The notes below the pieces were generated by a model. The model did no database searches, was not told the DNA's origin, and worked only from the letters and a program-made list of their open reading frames with translations. Below, one piece after another: positions 11,347 through 21,734 of a stretch of DNA of 64,000 bases. The DNA comes from Nostoc sp. (GTDB lineage: Bacteria; Cyanobacteriota; Cyanobacteriia; Cyanobacteriales; Nostocaceae): NCBI GenBank assembly GCA_036918135.1, contig JBALDB010000046.1, positions 1 to 64,000 of the forward strand, written 5' to 3'. The translations under genes and the position numbers were made by a program. The first letter of the stretch is position 1, and the number at the start of each line of letters is the position of its first letter.

Positions 11347-11952
11347 TTATTTTTGAGATGAGGAAGATGAACTACCACTTCCTCTGGGGTAGGGAGAATC
11401 AACAAAACCCAATTCAAACAACTGTTTATAGGCTTTTTTACCTAAATCTCGCGTTGGGTTTTGACTTTTAATTATTTGAATCAACAATGGTACTGCTAAT
11501 TCTGGCTGATTTTGTGCCCGATGTACCAATGCTAATTGAAAGGTCGCTTCATCTCGTTTTTGGGCTGTTAATAGAGCTTTTTGACGCTGAGAATCAGAAA
11601 CTCTATTGTCAATTCCTGAAAAGCTAGCGTTTAAATCTTGATAAAAATTAGATAGTTGATTATAAACCTGACGTGCTTCTTGCAATTTTTTGGCAGCTAA
11701 GGTGTAGTTTTGAGCAGAAACGGCTTGTTCTGCATCTTTCATTAAGCGATCGCCCCCTTCAATGCTCAAAAGGCTGTTATTCTCTGTTACAGGACGGAGG
11801 TTATTGGGATTATTGGGGTCAATCGGTTGTAGTTGGCGATTAGTGCCTGGTAACTGTGATACCTGAGCATTCACAGGTGATAACAAGCTGAGGACTGCTA
11901 AGACTGATAAAAAAGCACGATGCATCGAGGTAACAGCGGCAGCAGTGTTCAT
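11347..11952 (-). CDS. Conserved cyanobacterial secreted helical protein
   Basis: Signal peptide ending near VNA/Q, then TPR-like helices. ATG 11952 preferred. Confidence 0.75.
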   Translation of the reverse strand: MNTAAAVTSMHRAFLSVLAVLSLLSPVNAQVSQLPGTNRQLQPIDPNNPNNLRPVTENNSLLSIEGGDRLMKDAEQAVSAQNYTLAAKKLQEARQVYNQLSNFYQDLNASFSGIDNRVSDSQRQKALLTAQKRDEATFQLALVHRAQNQPELAVPLLIQIIKSQNPTRDLGKKAYKQLFELGFVDSPYPRGSGSSSSSSQK

Positions 11953-12368
11953 GGGGTCAATTAGTGCAACAACTATATAGAAAACTTCTGGATACTTGGG
12001 GTATCTTAACTCTGTTTTGGTCTTGGGCAAAGCAAAGTCACATAACTAAGTTTCTCAGATTTAGACTAAAAATTACTTTAATAGAGTTCCCATTGCTACT
12101 GCATAATTTTCATCACGGAAAAATCCACTATTTTCTAGATAATAATTAGTTATTTAGTCAAAAACTGCCAATTTGGCAGAATATTCTGTCAATTGAGGCT
12201 AATCTATAGATATACATCCTCAAAAGATTGCAAAATACCACTATTACTATTTTGGATTAGCAATCAGTTGCTAAATCTAGGTTCTATTAATTCACCTGTT
12301 AGATTCTTTTTTCAAATTGGTATAATTTTTTCTGATAAATCGAGGCTGTCTCAAGACTCTTAACTAAA

Positions 12369-13124
12369 TCAAGAATTGGTAATTTCTGCAAAAGTGTGAT
12401 TAGTAATTTCTGTTTCTTGGTGGCTTAATTGTTGAAGTGCTTTTGCTAAATCAGCTGTCAGGCTTTTGGCATCTTGTTTAATAGAGCCATGTATGTAATC
12501 CTTGACTTTAATTGGACAGCCAATGTGAATGCTCACATCTGTACCCCAATGCGGATAAGGTTGGCTGTAATTAATGCCTATGGGTATAATACTTACTCCT
12601 AACCCGGAGTTACTAGATTCAGCACTCAACGCCAGACGTGCAATTCCCGGTTTCAAAGGGGCTTGACTATGACGATAAATGTTCCCCTCCGGAAAAATCA
12701 CTATCGCTTTTCGCTGTTTAAGTAGCTCAACTCCATGTCTTAGAGTGCGAATTGATGGATGTCGGGTATCTACAGGAAAACCACCCAAGCGTCGGACAAA
12801 CCAGCCTTGCAATCCTTGGCATTCATCAACAGTGACCATGAACCGCAGGTCTTTTGCTGTCATACAATCAGCAACAGCGTAGGGTACAAGCAGTCCATCC
12901 CAACGTGCCCTATGGGTAGGAGCAAAGATAACTGGCCCAATTGTGGGGATGTTTTTTTGTCCGGTTATTCTAATTTGCCCAAAGAATAATGGTAATAGAC
13001 AGTGACGACCAAATAAATACACCAGAGGATTTAACCAAGGAGAAACCCTTGAGGTAGTACAATCCGCTTGAGGATTTGCTGGTGTATGCTGACAAGCATC
13101 GAATAAAGAGTAAAATTCCATCAT
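12369..13124 (-). CDS. plsC: 1-acyl-sn-glycerol-3-phosphate acyltransferase
   Basis: HRARWD (HX4D) and IFPEG motifs. Confidence 0.85.
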   Translation of the reverse strand: MMEFYSLFDACQHTPANPQADCTTSRVSPWLNPLVYLFGRHCLLPLFFGQIRITGQKNIPTIGPVIFAPTHRARWDGLLVPYAVADCMTAKDLRFMVTVDECQGLQGWFVRRLGGFPVDTRHPSIRTLRHGVELLKQRKAIVIFPEGNIYRHSQAPLKPGIARLALSAESSNSGLGVSIIPIGINYSQPYPHWGTDVSIHIGCPIKVKDYIHGSIKQDAKSLTADLAKALQQLSHQETEITNHTFAEITNS

Positions 13125-13236
13125 GATGGAGACAGCTGATTGACGGATAAAATTTAAAGAAAAGCCTCATTAGTTACACCGTAGATTCTCTTGCGTAACT
13201 TGTGTCGTATGAGATGGACAGTTTTACCTCTGTCTG

Positions 13237-13722
13237 TTATTTTCTCTGATGCCGCTTAGTGGCGAACCAAGCCTGTAATTGTTGACGACAAGCTGATTCT
13301 AGAATGCCTCCGATTATTTGTAAGCAGTGATTAGAAGCAGCGCTATCGGGTATGTTAATAACTGTCCGAATTGCGCCAGTTTTCGTATCGTCCACCCCAT
13401 ATACAAGTCGTCCCAGACGCGCTTGGACGATCGCACCTGCACACATTGGGCAAGGTTCTAGAGTTACGTACAGAGTACACTCATTAAGATGCCAATTTTG
13501 TAAAGTTATGGCAGCTCTTTTGAGAGCAAGAATTTCCGCATGAGCCGTGGGATCTTTGTCGCGCTCTTTTCTGTTTTCTCCTTGTGCAAGTAAATTGCCA
13601 TTTGAATCGATGATAACAGCACCTACAGGAATTTCACCAGCATCACCTGCTGCTTTTGCTAATTCTAAAGCGCGACTCATCCATTCTATGTGTATAAGAT
13701 AATCACCGTATTTATTCAGCAT
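13237..13722 (-). CDS. tadA: tRNA adenosine(34) deaminase
   Basis: EIPVGAV, DPTAHAEI, TLEPCPMCAGA. Confidence 0.93.
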   Translation of the reverse strand: MLNKYGDYLIHIEWMSRALELAKAAGDAGEIPVGAVIIDSNGNLLAQGENRKERDKDPTAHAEILALKRAAITLQNWHLNECTLYVTLEPCPMCAGAIVQARLGRLVYGVDDTKTGAIRTVINIPDSAASNHCLQIIGGILESACRQQLQAWFATKRHQRK

Positions 13723-13817
13723 CCTCTGAGGAATATAAAAACTTTATAAAATTTTTATAATTTAAGAAATTTTGTCATTAGTCATTGGACAAAAAACAAA
13801 TGACTAATGACCGGTGA

Positions 13818-14123
13818 CTATTGAGCTAACAGAGGATCGAGTTGACTTTGTGTATCTAACTGATAAAGATCGTCACAACCACCAATGTGTTGGTTATTGA
13901 TAAAAATTTGTGGTACGCTGCGGCGTCCGTTAGCGCGTTCTGCCATTTTCGCTCTGGCTATTTCGTCGCCATCGATTTTATATTCGGTAAAGTTTACACC
14001 TTTCCACCACAGCAGCATTTTAGCACGAATACAGTAAGGACAAGTTTGCCATGTATAGATTTCGACGTTGGCTTTGACTCGCTCTGGATGCCTATTTAAA
14101 AGAGGATTAAGAAAGTCCAGCAT
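13818..14123 (-). CDS. grxC: Glutaredoxin 3
   Basis: CPYC, SVPQIFI, IGGCDDL. Confidence 0.95.
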   Translation of the reverse strand: MLDFLNPLLNRHPERVKANVEIYTWQTCPYCIRAKMLLWWKGVNFTEYKIDGDEIARAKMAERANGRRSVPQIFINNQHIGGCDDLYQLDTQSQLDPLLAQ

Positions 14124-14181
14124 ATTTTATCTCAAGCAAGGTTTTAACTATGTTTCTAGCCTAGATCATTGCTAGCATAGG

Positions 14182-14754
14182 TTACCGCATCGGGGATGGA
14201 ACCCACTTTTGAAAACTTTCTAAGTGATTCCAGTAAGCTAAATATCCAGTCAATGCCCAAATTAAAGCAGCTACTATTAATACACCAACACCAATTAGCC
14301 GCCAAGTTCGGTTAGTTTTCCAATAGAGAGTTGGTGCGGCAAATATACCACCTAATCCTGTTAAGATAAAACCGATTCCTGACACAAACGGCTGTTTTGT
14401 GATATTCAAGTTGATGATGCGGATACCGACTACGATCGCCACTAAACCAGCAAAAAAACCGTAAATAGCGATTGTCAGTAAATCCCAACCTAGAGAAAGA
14501 GCGATCGCTGCTGCCACAAACAGAATGCCAAATAAAACACTTGTTTCACCGAAGGCTATATTAAAACTGCCACTCACTGGCCAAGTGAAGCTCATGTGTA
14601 AACCAGTTGTTAAGGCGATCGCACCTGTAATTCCAAATCCTGGAATCCACTGCTTTTGATGTAAGTTATCTATCCCACGATACACATAGTCAGCCAGTAG
14701 AAATAAACCAGCTACCATGTTGATTAACATGAGTGTAATGTAGTCAATAAACAC
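14182..14754 (-). CDS. DUF981-like membrane protein
   Basis: MFIDYITLML start, TWP..GS.NI.FGE motif and about 6 TM helices. Confidence 0.75.
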   Translation of the reverse strand: MFIDYITLMLINMVAGLFLLADYVYRGIDNLHQKQWIPGFGITGAIALTTGLHMSFTWPVSGSFNIAFGETSVLFGILFVAAAIALSLGWDLLTIAIYGFFAGLVAIVVGIRIINLNITKQPFVSGIGFILTGLGGIFAAPTLYWKTNRTWRLIGVGVLIVAALIWALTGYLAYWNHLESFQKWVPSPMR

Positions 14755-15054
14755 GATTAACCTCTAATGCTTTTCTGGGTTGATATAAACTACCTTAAAT
14801 ACTGTTACATTTATAAATATTTAAAATTAGAGATTAAGATTCCGGTGAGGATTTAAAGTATTTATTATCACAAGTAAGAGGTCAAAACAAAGCTAAGGCT
14901 CCTAGAAAATTATTGCGAATAATGTCAATAAAATGGAAGTCGAGACCGAGTTAACATTTGTAATCGAAATTTGGTAACCGCCCTTTGGTAGACTTATAGA
15001 CTGAAATAGCCAGATAAAGTAACGCAAATTCAAGCAGTTGAGAGGGCAGACTCT

Positions 15055-16092
15055 GTGGAAAATACACTTGGGTTAGAGATTATTGAGGTAGTAGAGCAAG
15101 CAGCGATCGCATCCGCTAAGTGGATGGGTAAAGGTGAAAAGAACACTGCTGACCAGGTAGCAGTGGAAGCTATGCGGGAGCGGATGAATAAAATTTATAT
15201 GCGCGGTCGCATCGTCATCGGAGAAGGCGAACGCGATGACGCGCCGATGCTTTACATCGGAGAAGAAGTCGGTATTTGTACTCAGCCAGATGCCAAAGAT
15301 TACTGTAACCCCGATGAACTGATTGAAATTGACATCGCCGTTGACCCCTGTGAAGGTACGAACTTAGTAGCATACGGACAACCTGGTTCTATGGCTGTGT
15401 TGGCAATTTCTGAAAAGGGTGGATTATTTGCTGCTCCTGACTTTTATATGAAGAAATTAGCAGCACCCCCCGCAGCTAAGGGGAAAGTGGATATTAACAA
15501 GTCAGCAACGGAAAATCTTAAGATTCTTGCTGAGTGTTTAGAGCGCTCGATTGAAGAACTTGTGATTGTGGTCATGAAGCGCGATCGCCATAATGATTTA
15601 ATTAAAGAAATCCGCGATGCCGGAGCCAGAGTACAACTAATTTCTGATGGTGATGTCGGTGCAGCTATATCCTGCGGTTTTGCTGGAACTAATATCCATG
15701 CACTCATGGGTATCGGTGCTGCTCCTGAAGGTGTAATTTCCGCAGCCGCAATGCGTGCTTTAGGTGGACACTTCCAAGGGCAACTGATCTACGATCCAGA
15801 AATAGTTAAAACAGGTCTGATTGGAGAAAGTAAAGAAGCCAACCTGGATCGCTTGAAGTCTATGGATATCAATGACCCTGATAAGGTTTATGATGCTCAT
15901 GAACTGGCATCTGGTCAAACTGTTCTATTCGCTGCTAGCGGAATTACCAGTGGTAATCTCATGCAAGGTGTGCGTTTCTTCAAGGGCGGCGCAAGAACTC
16001 AAAGCTTGGTAATTTCTAACCAGTCCAAGACTGCTCGATTTGTTGATACAATCCACATGTTTAGCGAACCGAAGTCTCTCCAACTGTATTAA
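15055..16092 (+). CDS. glpX: Fructose-1,6/sedoheptulose-1,7-bisphosphatase class II
   Basis: [36 protein letters not shown]. Confidence 0.98.
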   Translation: MENTLGLEIIEVVEQAAIASAKWMGKGEKNTADQVAVEAMRERMNKIYMRGRIVIGEGERDDAPMLYIGEEVGICTQPDAKDYCNPDELIEIDIAVDPCEGTNLVAYGQPGSMAVLAISEKGGLFAAPDFYMKKLAAPPAAKGKVDINKSATENLKILAECLERSIEELVIVVMKRDRHNDLIKEIRDAGARVQLISDGDVGAAISCGFAGTNIHALMGIGAAPEGVISAAAMRALGGHFQGQLIYDPEIVKTGLIGESKEANLDRLKSMDINDPDKVYDAHELASGQTVLFAASGITSGNLMQGVRFFKGGARTQSLVISNQSKTARFVDTIHMFSEPKSLQLY

Positions 16093-16309
16093 TTTTTGGA
16101 GAATGGGGAATGGTAATACTAAGGGTGAAGCATTAAAATTGAAATATAAGTTATACAAATGCTTCACCAATACGGTAGTTAGTACTTAGTAGTTAGGAAT
16201 CAATTAAGTTTGTTGCTTGGTAGTTTTTCCAAGCAACAATCTTCAATTCCCCATTCCCTATTTTCAATGCCTTATTGCCAACTACCAATTAGCAATTACG
16301 ATTTAGCAA

Positions 16310-17596
16310 ATGAATATAGCAGTGGTGGGCTTAAGTCATAAAACAGCCCCAGTTGAAGTCCGAGAAAAGTTGAGCATTCCAGAACCACAAATTGAAAGTG
16401 CGATCGCTCATCTAGCAAGCTATCCCCATATTGAGGAAGTTGCAATTCTTAGCACTTGTAATCGCCTCGAAATCTACATTGTTACTAGTGAAACAGACCA
16501 AGGTATCCGGGAAGTAACTCAATTTCTTGCAGAACATAGCAAATTACCTGTATTTTCTCTACGACAACACCTATTTATGTTGTTGCATGATGATGCGGTT
16601 ATGCATGTGATGCGGGTAGCAGGTGGCTTAGATAGTCTGGTTCTCGGAGAAGGCCAAATTTTGGCTCAGGTGAAGACTACTCACAAATTGGGTCAGCAAT
16701 ATAACGGTATAAAAACGATTTTGAATCGATTATTTAAACAAGCGCTAACAGCTGGTAAGCGAGTTCGCACTGAAACTAGTATTGGTACTGGTGCTGTCTC
16801 TATTAGTTCGGCGGCTGTGGAATTAGCACAAATGAAAGTAGCAAATTTAGCTGCTTGTCGAGTGGTAATTCTCGGTGCTGGAAAAATGTCGCGGTTACTG
16901 GTACAACACCTGCTTTCTAAAGGTGCTGTGCAAATCAGCATTATTAATCGCTCTCGCGAACGTGCCCAAGAATTAGCCAAGCAGTTCCCTGGGCAACCTA
17001 TTCAAATTTATATGCTATCGGAAATGATGACAGTAATTGCCGATAGCGATTTGGTGTTTACAAGTACTTCTGCAATTGAGCCGATACTTGACCGTGCCAA
17101 ATTGGAAATGGTTTTAGAAGCTCAGCGTTCTCTGATGTTATTTGATATTTCTGTGCCGCGCAATGTTCATGCAGATGTAAATGAGCTGGCAAATGTACAC
17201 GCCTTTAATGTAGATGATTTGAAGGCAGTAGTGGCGCAAAACTACGAAAGCCGCCGAAAAATTGCCCAGGAAGCAGAACGACTTTTAGAAGAAGAGGTGG
17301 AAGCTTTCGATGTTTGGTGGCGTAGTTTAGAAACTGTTACTACTATTAGCTGTCTGCGAAATAAAGTCGAAACCATCCGCGAACAAGAATTAGAAAAAGC
17401 ATTGTCGAGATTGGGTTCGGAATTCGCGGAAAAACATCAAGAGGTGATTGAAGCTTTAACACGCGGGATTGTTAATAAAATCTTACATGACCCGATGGTG
17501 CAATTGCGATCGCAGCAAGATGTTGAAGCCAGACGGCGTTGTATGCAAACTCTGCAAATGCTGTTTAACTTAGATGCAGGCGAGCAGTTTAGTTAA
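16310..17596 (+). CDS. hemA: Glutamyl-tRNA reductase
   Basis: [43 protein letters not shown]. Confidence 0.98.
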   Translation: MNIAVVGLSHKTAPVEVREKLSIPEPQIESAIAHLASYPHIEEVAILSTCNRLEIYIVTSETDQGIREVTQFLAEHSKLPVFSLRQHLFMLLHDDAVMHVMRVAGGLDSLVLGEGQILAQVKTTHKLGQQYNGIKTILNRLFKQALTAGKRVRTETSIGTGAVSISSAAVELAQMKVANLAACRVVILGAGKMSRLLVQHLLSKGAVQISIINRSRERAQELAKQFPGQPIQIYMLSEMMTVIADSDLVFTSTSAIEPILDRAKLEMVLEAQRSLMLFDISVPRNVHADVNELANVHAFNVDDLKAVVAQNYESRRKIAQEAERLLEEEVEAFDVWWRSLETVTTISCLRNKVETIREQELEKALSRLGSEFAEKHQEVIEALTRGIVNKILHDPMVQLRSQQDVEARRRCMQTLQMLFNLDAGEQFS

Positions 17597-17609
17597 ACTC
17601 AACAACAAG

Positions 17610-17638
17610 ATCCCCGATTTCTTAAACAAGTCGGGGAT
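17610..17638 (+). terminator. Hairpin after hemA
   Basis: Inverted repeat ATCCCCGA...TCGGGGAT. Confidence 0.55.
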
Positions 17639-17937
17639 GGGAGTCTTGCAATTTTTAAGCCACAAATTAATGTAATAAATTACACAATAATAAGATAAAA
17701 ATCTCTTCACCCTTATACCGTATAGGGGTTGAATCTGGCGAAATGGTAATTATGTACTATTATATATTGAGCGATCGCCCTTTGTTCTAAGACTGACACC
17801 CATTAATATGAGCGAAGAATTATAAAATTAAGTATAAAGTAAAACTTATTGTTTACAGTAGAGGATGAATTTCATTTGAATGAGATACATCCTTGGGCTA
17901 GCAGCACAGCTGTGCTACCCTACTCAATTCTAAAAGG

Positions 17938-18112
17938 CTATAAAAGTGGTTTAATTCTAGCTTGGGCGATTAAGGCTCCTTGGCTAATAACAGTTCCCCC
18001 GTTTCTCTCTGGTAGTGGGAATCTATCCTTTTTGCAGAGTGATGTATAGAGTACTCTCGTTTACACCCAAAAATCTCGCTGCTTGTACAAGTGAAGTACC
18101 TTGTTGAAGGAT
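17938..18112 (-). pseudogene. Decayed small helix-turn-helix (excisionase/HTH_17-like) gene
   Basis: Manual translation LQQGTSLVQAARFLGVNESTLYITLQKG*IPTTRE / NGGTVISQGALIAQARIKPLL*. It has an internal stop, a frameshift, and ATC where ATG is expected after a GAGGGAG RBS. Confidence 0.65.
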
Positions 18113-18298
18113 ACTCCCTCTTTTTCTATTCCTAATTAATGAGGGACGGATCGTAGCCAAATGTAAAGATTAACTTAAGAAATCTTAAATATCTTAATTT
18201 TCTCAGAAAAAAATCTCAGAATTAACATTAATTTACAATTAGCGAAGACGAAGCAATACCCTGTCAGACGAGGACAGCAGAGCTAATTTGATTTTTTT

Positions 18299-18318
18299 AA
18301 TTAGATTGATATCTAATT
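18299..18318. promoter_or_regulatory. Palindromic operator, probably autoregulatory for the ArsR gene
   Basis: AATTAGAT-TGAT-ATCTAATT, 15 nt before the ATG at 18334. Confidence 0.6.
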
Positions 18319-18333
18319 TAATTATCACAAATT

Positions 18334-18918
18334 ATGGAGAAAGAACAGTTTCAGACCCTGCTGCGATTTTTCAAAGCTTTAGCGGATGAAAGCCGACTGA
18401 AGATTGTAGGTATCGTAGCGAATCAGGAGTGCAGCGTCGAAGAATTGGCTGTATTACTGCAACTTAAAGAACCAACAGTATCGCATCATCTAGCGAAACT
18501 AAAGGAACTAAACTTGGTAACTATGCGCCCTGAAGGTAATAGCCGCCTGTACCAGTTGGATAGCAATGTTTTACAAAGCATTAGCAAGCAAATTTTTACA
18601 CTTGAGCAAATTGCTTCTTTGATTGAGGATGTAGATACTGAAGCTTGGGAAAATAAAATATTGAAAAACTATTTTGATGGCGATGTCTTCGACAACAACT
18701 CCGTCCAACGCCTCAAAGAAATCCCTGCTAGTCGCAAAAAGCGCTTAGTAATTCTCAAGTGGTTAGCAAATAAATTTGAAATTGGAATTCAGTATCCAGA
18801 ACGTACAGTGAATGATATTCTTAAGCGCTACCATCCTGATTACGCCACTTTACGACGGGAATTGATCGGTTACCAGTTGATGCAGCGAGAGAATAGCATT
18901 TATTGGCGTTCTGACTGA
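18334..18918 (+). CDS. ArsR/SmtB family regulator with C-terminal DUF2087
   Basis: FKALADESRLKI...VSHHLAKL HTH; IPASRKKR...Y.E..VN...HPDYATLRRELI. Confidence 0.9.
   Translation: MEKEQFQTLLRFFKALADESRLKIVGIVANQECSVEELAVLLQLKEPTVSHHLAKLKELNLVTMRPEGNSRLYQLDSNVLQSISKQIFTLEQIASLIEDVDTEAWENKILKNYFDGDVFDNNSVQRLKEIPASRKKRLVILKWLANKFEIGIQYPERTVNDILKRYHPDYATLRRELIGYQLMQRENSIYWRSD
18685..18708 (+). mobile_element. 24-nt short dispersed repeat (SDR5-like) inserted in a HIP1 site, in frame
   Basis: GCGAT|GTCTTCGACAACAACTCCGTCCAA|CGC; removing it restores GCGATCGC. Confidence 0.75.
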
Positions 18919-18925
18919 TGAGTGG

Positions 18926-18953
18926 GTACAAACGCGATTAATCGCGTTTGTAC
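18926..18953. repeat. 28-bp perfect palindrome (dispersed repeat; related copy at 36897-36916)
   Basis: GTACAAACGCGATTAATCGCGTTTGTAC versus AGACGCAATTAATCGCGTCT. Confidence 0.75.
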
Positions 18954-18981
18954 AGAAGTAAGGAGCAGTTGAGAAAGCTGT

Positions 18982-19062
18982 GCTACTCTGCGACGCGAGT
19001 TGATTGACTACCAGTTAATGCAGCGAGAAAATAGGGTTTATTGGCGGATGACACAGGTGTAA
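18982..19062 (+). pseudogene. Orphan diverged duplicate of the ArsR-DUF2087 gene 3' end
   Basis: Encodes ATLRRELIDYQLMQRENRVYWRMTQV*; 53 of 66 nt identical to 18844-18909. Confidence 0.85.
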
Positions 19063-19267
19063 TACCAATGTCAAATAGCAAGCTTTTTGGCAAGTGTTTA
19101 GCTTTCAAAAACTGACCAGAATTTTGTACAAAAAGTAAAAAAGTTAGCTTTGAGATTCAGTATAAATTTTTATGTTTGTCGTAATGCAATAGTCAGATTC
19201 GTAAACTTCAAGCTTTAATCAATTTCAATTTGCAGTTCTTGAAGTAGTTGAATTTACAAGCGAGGAT

Positions 19268-20878
19268 GTGATGAGTGAATATGATTATATTGTGATTGGT
19301 GCGGGTTCAGCAGGCTGCGTTGTCGCCAACCGCTTGACACAAGAGTGTGAAACAACCGTGTTATTGCTCGAAGCTGGCAACCCGGATACTAAACCAGAGA
19401 TTCAAATCCCGCTGGAATCCCCTAACCTACCCCGCTCGGAGTTGAACTGGGGATATTTCTCCCAACCAGAACCGTATCTCAATAACCGCAAAATCTTTTG
19501 TCCCCGTGGCAAAGTCTTGGGTGGCAGCAGTTCGATTAATTCTATGATTTATATCCGGGGTAATCATCACGATTATGACCACTGGCAAGAATTGGGGAAT
19601 CCTGGGTGGTCGTACCAAGATGTATTACCCTATTTCAAGAAATCTGAGAACCAGCAACACGGTGCCGACACATACCACGGGGTTGATGGGGAGTTGAGCG
19701 TGACTGATATTCAAGCCCCTACTGTAGCATCCCAACTATTTGTAGAAGCAGCCGTGGGAATCGGATATAATCACAATCCAGATTTCAATGGCATACAGCA
19801 AGAAGGTGCGGGAATTTATCAGCTGACGGTCAAGGACGGTAAACGTCACAGTGCTGCGGCTGCATTCTTAATGCCAATTGTCCAGCGTCCTAATTTAACA
19901 ACTCAGACAGAAGCGCTGGTAACGCGGCTATTGTTTGAGGGAACCCGCGCTGTTGGGGTGGAATATATGCATGATGGTCAACTGCACCAAGCTAGGGTCA
20001 ACAAAGAAGTGATTTTAAGTGCTGGTGCATTCGATTCGCCCAGGCTGCTGATGCTTTCTGGCATTGGTGATGCACAACACCTGCAAAAATTGGGGATTCC
20101 TGTCATCGTTGATTTGCCAGGTGTCGGTCAAAACCTTCAAGACCACTTTCTCGTTCCTGTAGCATACCAAATAATTGCCGAGTTAAACCCAGCAATTACC
20201 AATCCTGTGGTAGACCGGGTGATTGCTGGGTTAGACCCGGCAGTTACCAGTAATGGTAATGCTGAAGCCGGACTGTTTTTACATACCAAAGGTAATCTGG
20301 ATGCCGCGCCAGATTTACAGTTTTTCTTCGGTAACATTCTGTGGATATCTCCTGGCACTACCCTCTCTGGTTTGGGATTCACTGTTACAGTCAGTTTGAC
20401 TCATCCCCAAAACATTGGCAGTGTCAGTTTGCTCTCACCTGATCCCAAAGACCCACCGATTATTCAGATGAACTTTCTGCAAAGTCAATCTGATGTGCAA
20501 AAGGTGATTGAAGGTATTAAAATAATGCGCCAATTGTTTAATACAAGTACCTTTAATGAATTTCGAGGTAAGGAAGTCGGCCCCGGTGCTGAGGTGACTA
20601 GCGATGAAGCACTCGAAGCTTATATCCGCTCAGTTTGTGTTACGGGGTATCATCCTGTCGGCACCTGCAAAATGGGAACTGACCCAATGGCGGTTGTCGA
20701 TCCGGAACTGCGGGTATGCGGTGTTACGGGGTTGCGGGTTGTTGATGCATCAATTATGCCAACTCTAGTTGGGGGCAATACAAATGCGCCCACCATTATG
20801 ATCGGCGAAAAAGGAGCTGATTTAATTAAAGCCGCAGGTGGCGTTTCACAGCAAGTAGCTTCAACAATGGCAAACTAA
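19268..20878 (+). CDS. GMC oxidoreductase (choline dehydrogenase-like)
   Basis: IGAGSAG, GKVLGGSSSIN, GQNLQDH, YHPVGTCKMG, GLRVVDASIMP, NTNAPTIMIGEK. Confidence 0.95.
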   Translation: MMSEYDYIVIGAGSAGCVVANRLTQECETTVLLLEAGNPDTKPEIQIPLESPNLPRSELNWGYFSQPEPYLNNRKIFCPRGKVLGGSSSINSMIYIRGNHHDYDHWQELGNPGWSYQDVLPYFKKSENQQHGADTYHGVDGELSVTDIQAPTVASQLFVEAAVGIGYNHNPDFNGIQQEGAGIYQLTVKDGKRHSAAAAFLMPIVQRPNLTTQTEALVTRLLFEGTRAVGVEYMHDGQLHQARVNKEVILSAGAFDSPRLLMLSGIGDAQHLQKLGIPVIVDLPGVGQNLQDHFLVPVAYQIIAELNPAITNPVVDRVIAGLDPAVTSNGNAEAGLFLHTKGNLDAAPDLQFFFGNILWISPGTTLSGLGFTVTVSLTHPQNIGSVSLLSPDPKDPPIIQMNFLQSQSDVQKVIEGIKIMRQLFNTSTFNEFRGKEVGPGAEVTSDEALEAYIRSVCVTGYHPVGTCKMGTDPMAVVDPELRVCGVTGLRVVDASIMPTLVGGNTNAPTIMIGEKGADLIKAAGGVSQQVASTMAN

Positions 20879-20951
20879 CTCGTCGGCGCGATCGCTTAGA
20901 GGTAACGATGAAAGCCTCTCTTCCACATAGGAAGAGAAAGCCAATCGCGCT

Positions 20952-21734
20952 TTATTTTCCCAAATAAGCTTCCAGAACTTTGGGATTGGTTTGAATTTCT
21001 GCTGGGGTACCGTCAGCTAAATTCTGTCCTTCGGCAAGTACCCAAACACGATCGCACAAGGACATAATCACATCCATATTGTGTTCAATAATCAAAAACG
21101 TCATCCCATCTTGGCGGTTCCAAGTGAGAATGCGATCGCAAATATCATCAATTAATCTCGGATTTACCCCGGCTGCTGGTTCATCTAACAAAATTAACTT
21201 AGGATCGGTCATCAGTGCGCGTCCCATTTCCAACAGCTTGCGTTGTCCGCCAGACAAACTACCAGCATAATCGTGGGCTTTTTTTGCCAAACCCACGGAT
21301 TCCAACAGAAACATTGCTCTCTCTTGCAGTTGTTTTTCTTCTTTGGCGACGATGTGCGGTTGTAACTGCACTTGCCAAAAATTTTCACCCGTTTGTTTTT
21401 GCGCCGCCAACAGCATATTTTCTAACACCGACAACCGCGAGAGAGTCCGTGCAACTTGAAAAGTGCGTACTACTCCTTGCTGAGCGATTTGATATGGTTG
21501 CAAATTGTGAATAGGTTCGCCGTCAAAAATTACTCGTCCTTTATCTGGACGAATGAAGTTCGAGAGTAAATTAAATAAAGTAGTTTTACCAGCGCCATTG
21601 GGGCCAATTAAACCTGTGATACTGCCTTTGGCAACTTCGATTTTCGCTTCATTAACTGCTTTAATACCGCCAAAGCTTTTAGAAAGTCCAGTCGCTACCA
21701 GCAGAGGAAGTGGTGATGATTGGTTATTTACCAA
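20952..21734 (-). CDS. natA: Neutral/branched-chain amino acid ABC transporter ATPase (LivG-like)
   Basis: GPNGAGKTT, LSGGQRK, LLDEPAAG, IEHNMD; overlaps the permease gene. Confidence 0.85.
   Translation of the reverse strand: MVNNQSSPLPLLVATGLSKSFGGIKAVNEAKIEVAKGSITGLIGPNGAGKTTLFNLLSNFIRPDKGRVIFDGEPIHNLQPYQIAQQGVVRTFQVARTLSRLSVLENMLLAAQKQTGENFWQVQLQPHIVAKEEKQLQERAMFLLESVGLAKKAHDYAGSLSGGQRKLLEMGRALMTDPKLILLDEPAAGVNPRLIDDICDRILTWNRQDGMTFLIIEHNMDVIMSLCDRVWVLAEGQNLADGTPAEIQTNPKVLEAYLGK

Noticed and set aside
17849..18049. 66-aa plus-strand ORF
   Set aside because: It is the shadow of the minus-strand HTH pseudogene.
18844..19047. Diversity-generating retroelement VR/TR pair
   Set aside because: Mismatches are not adenine-specific, are mostly synonymous, and no reverse transcriptase is present.
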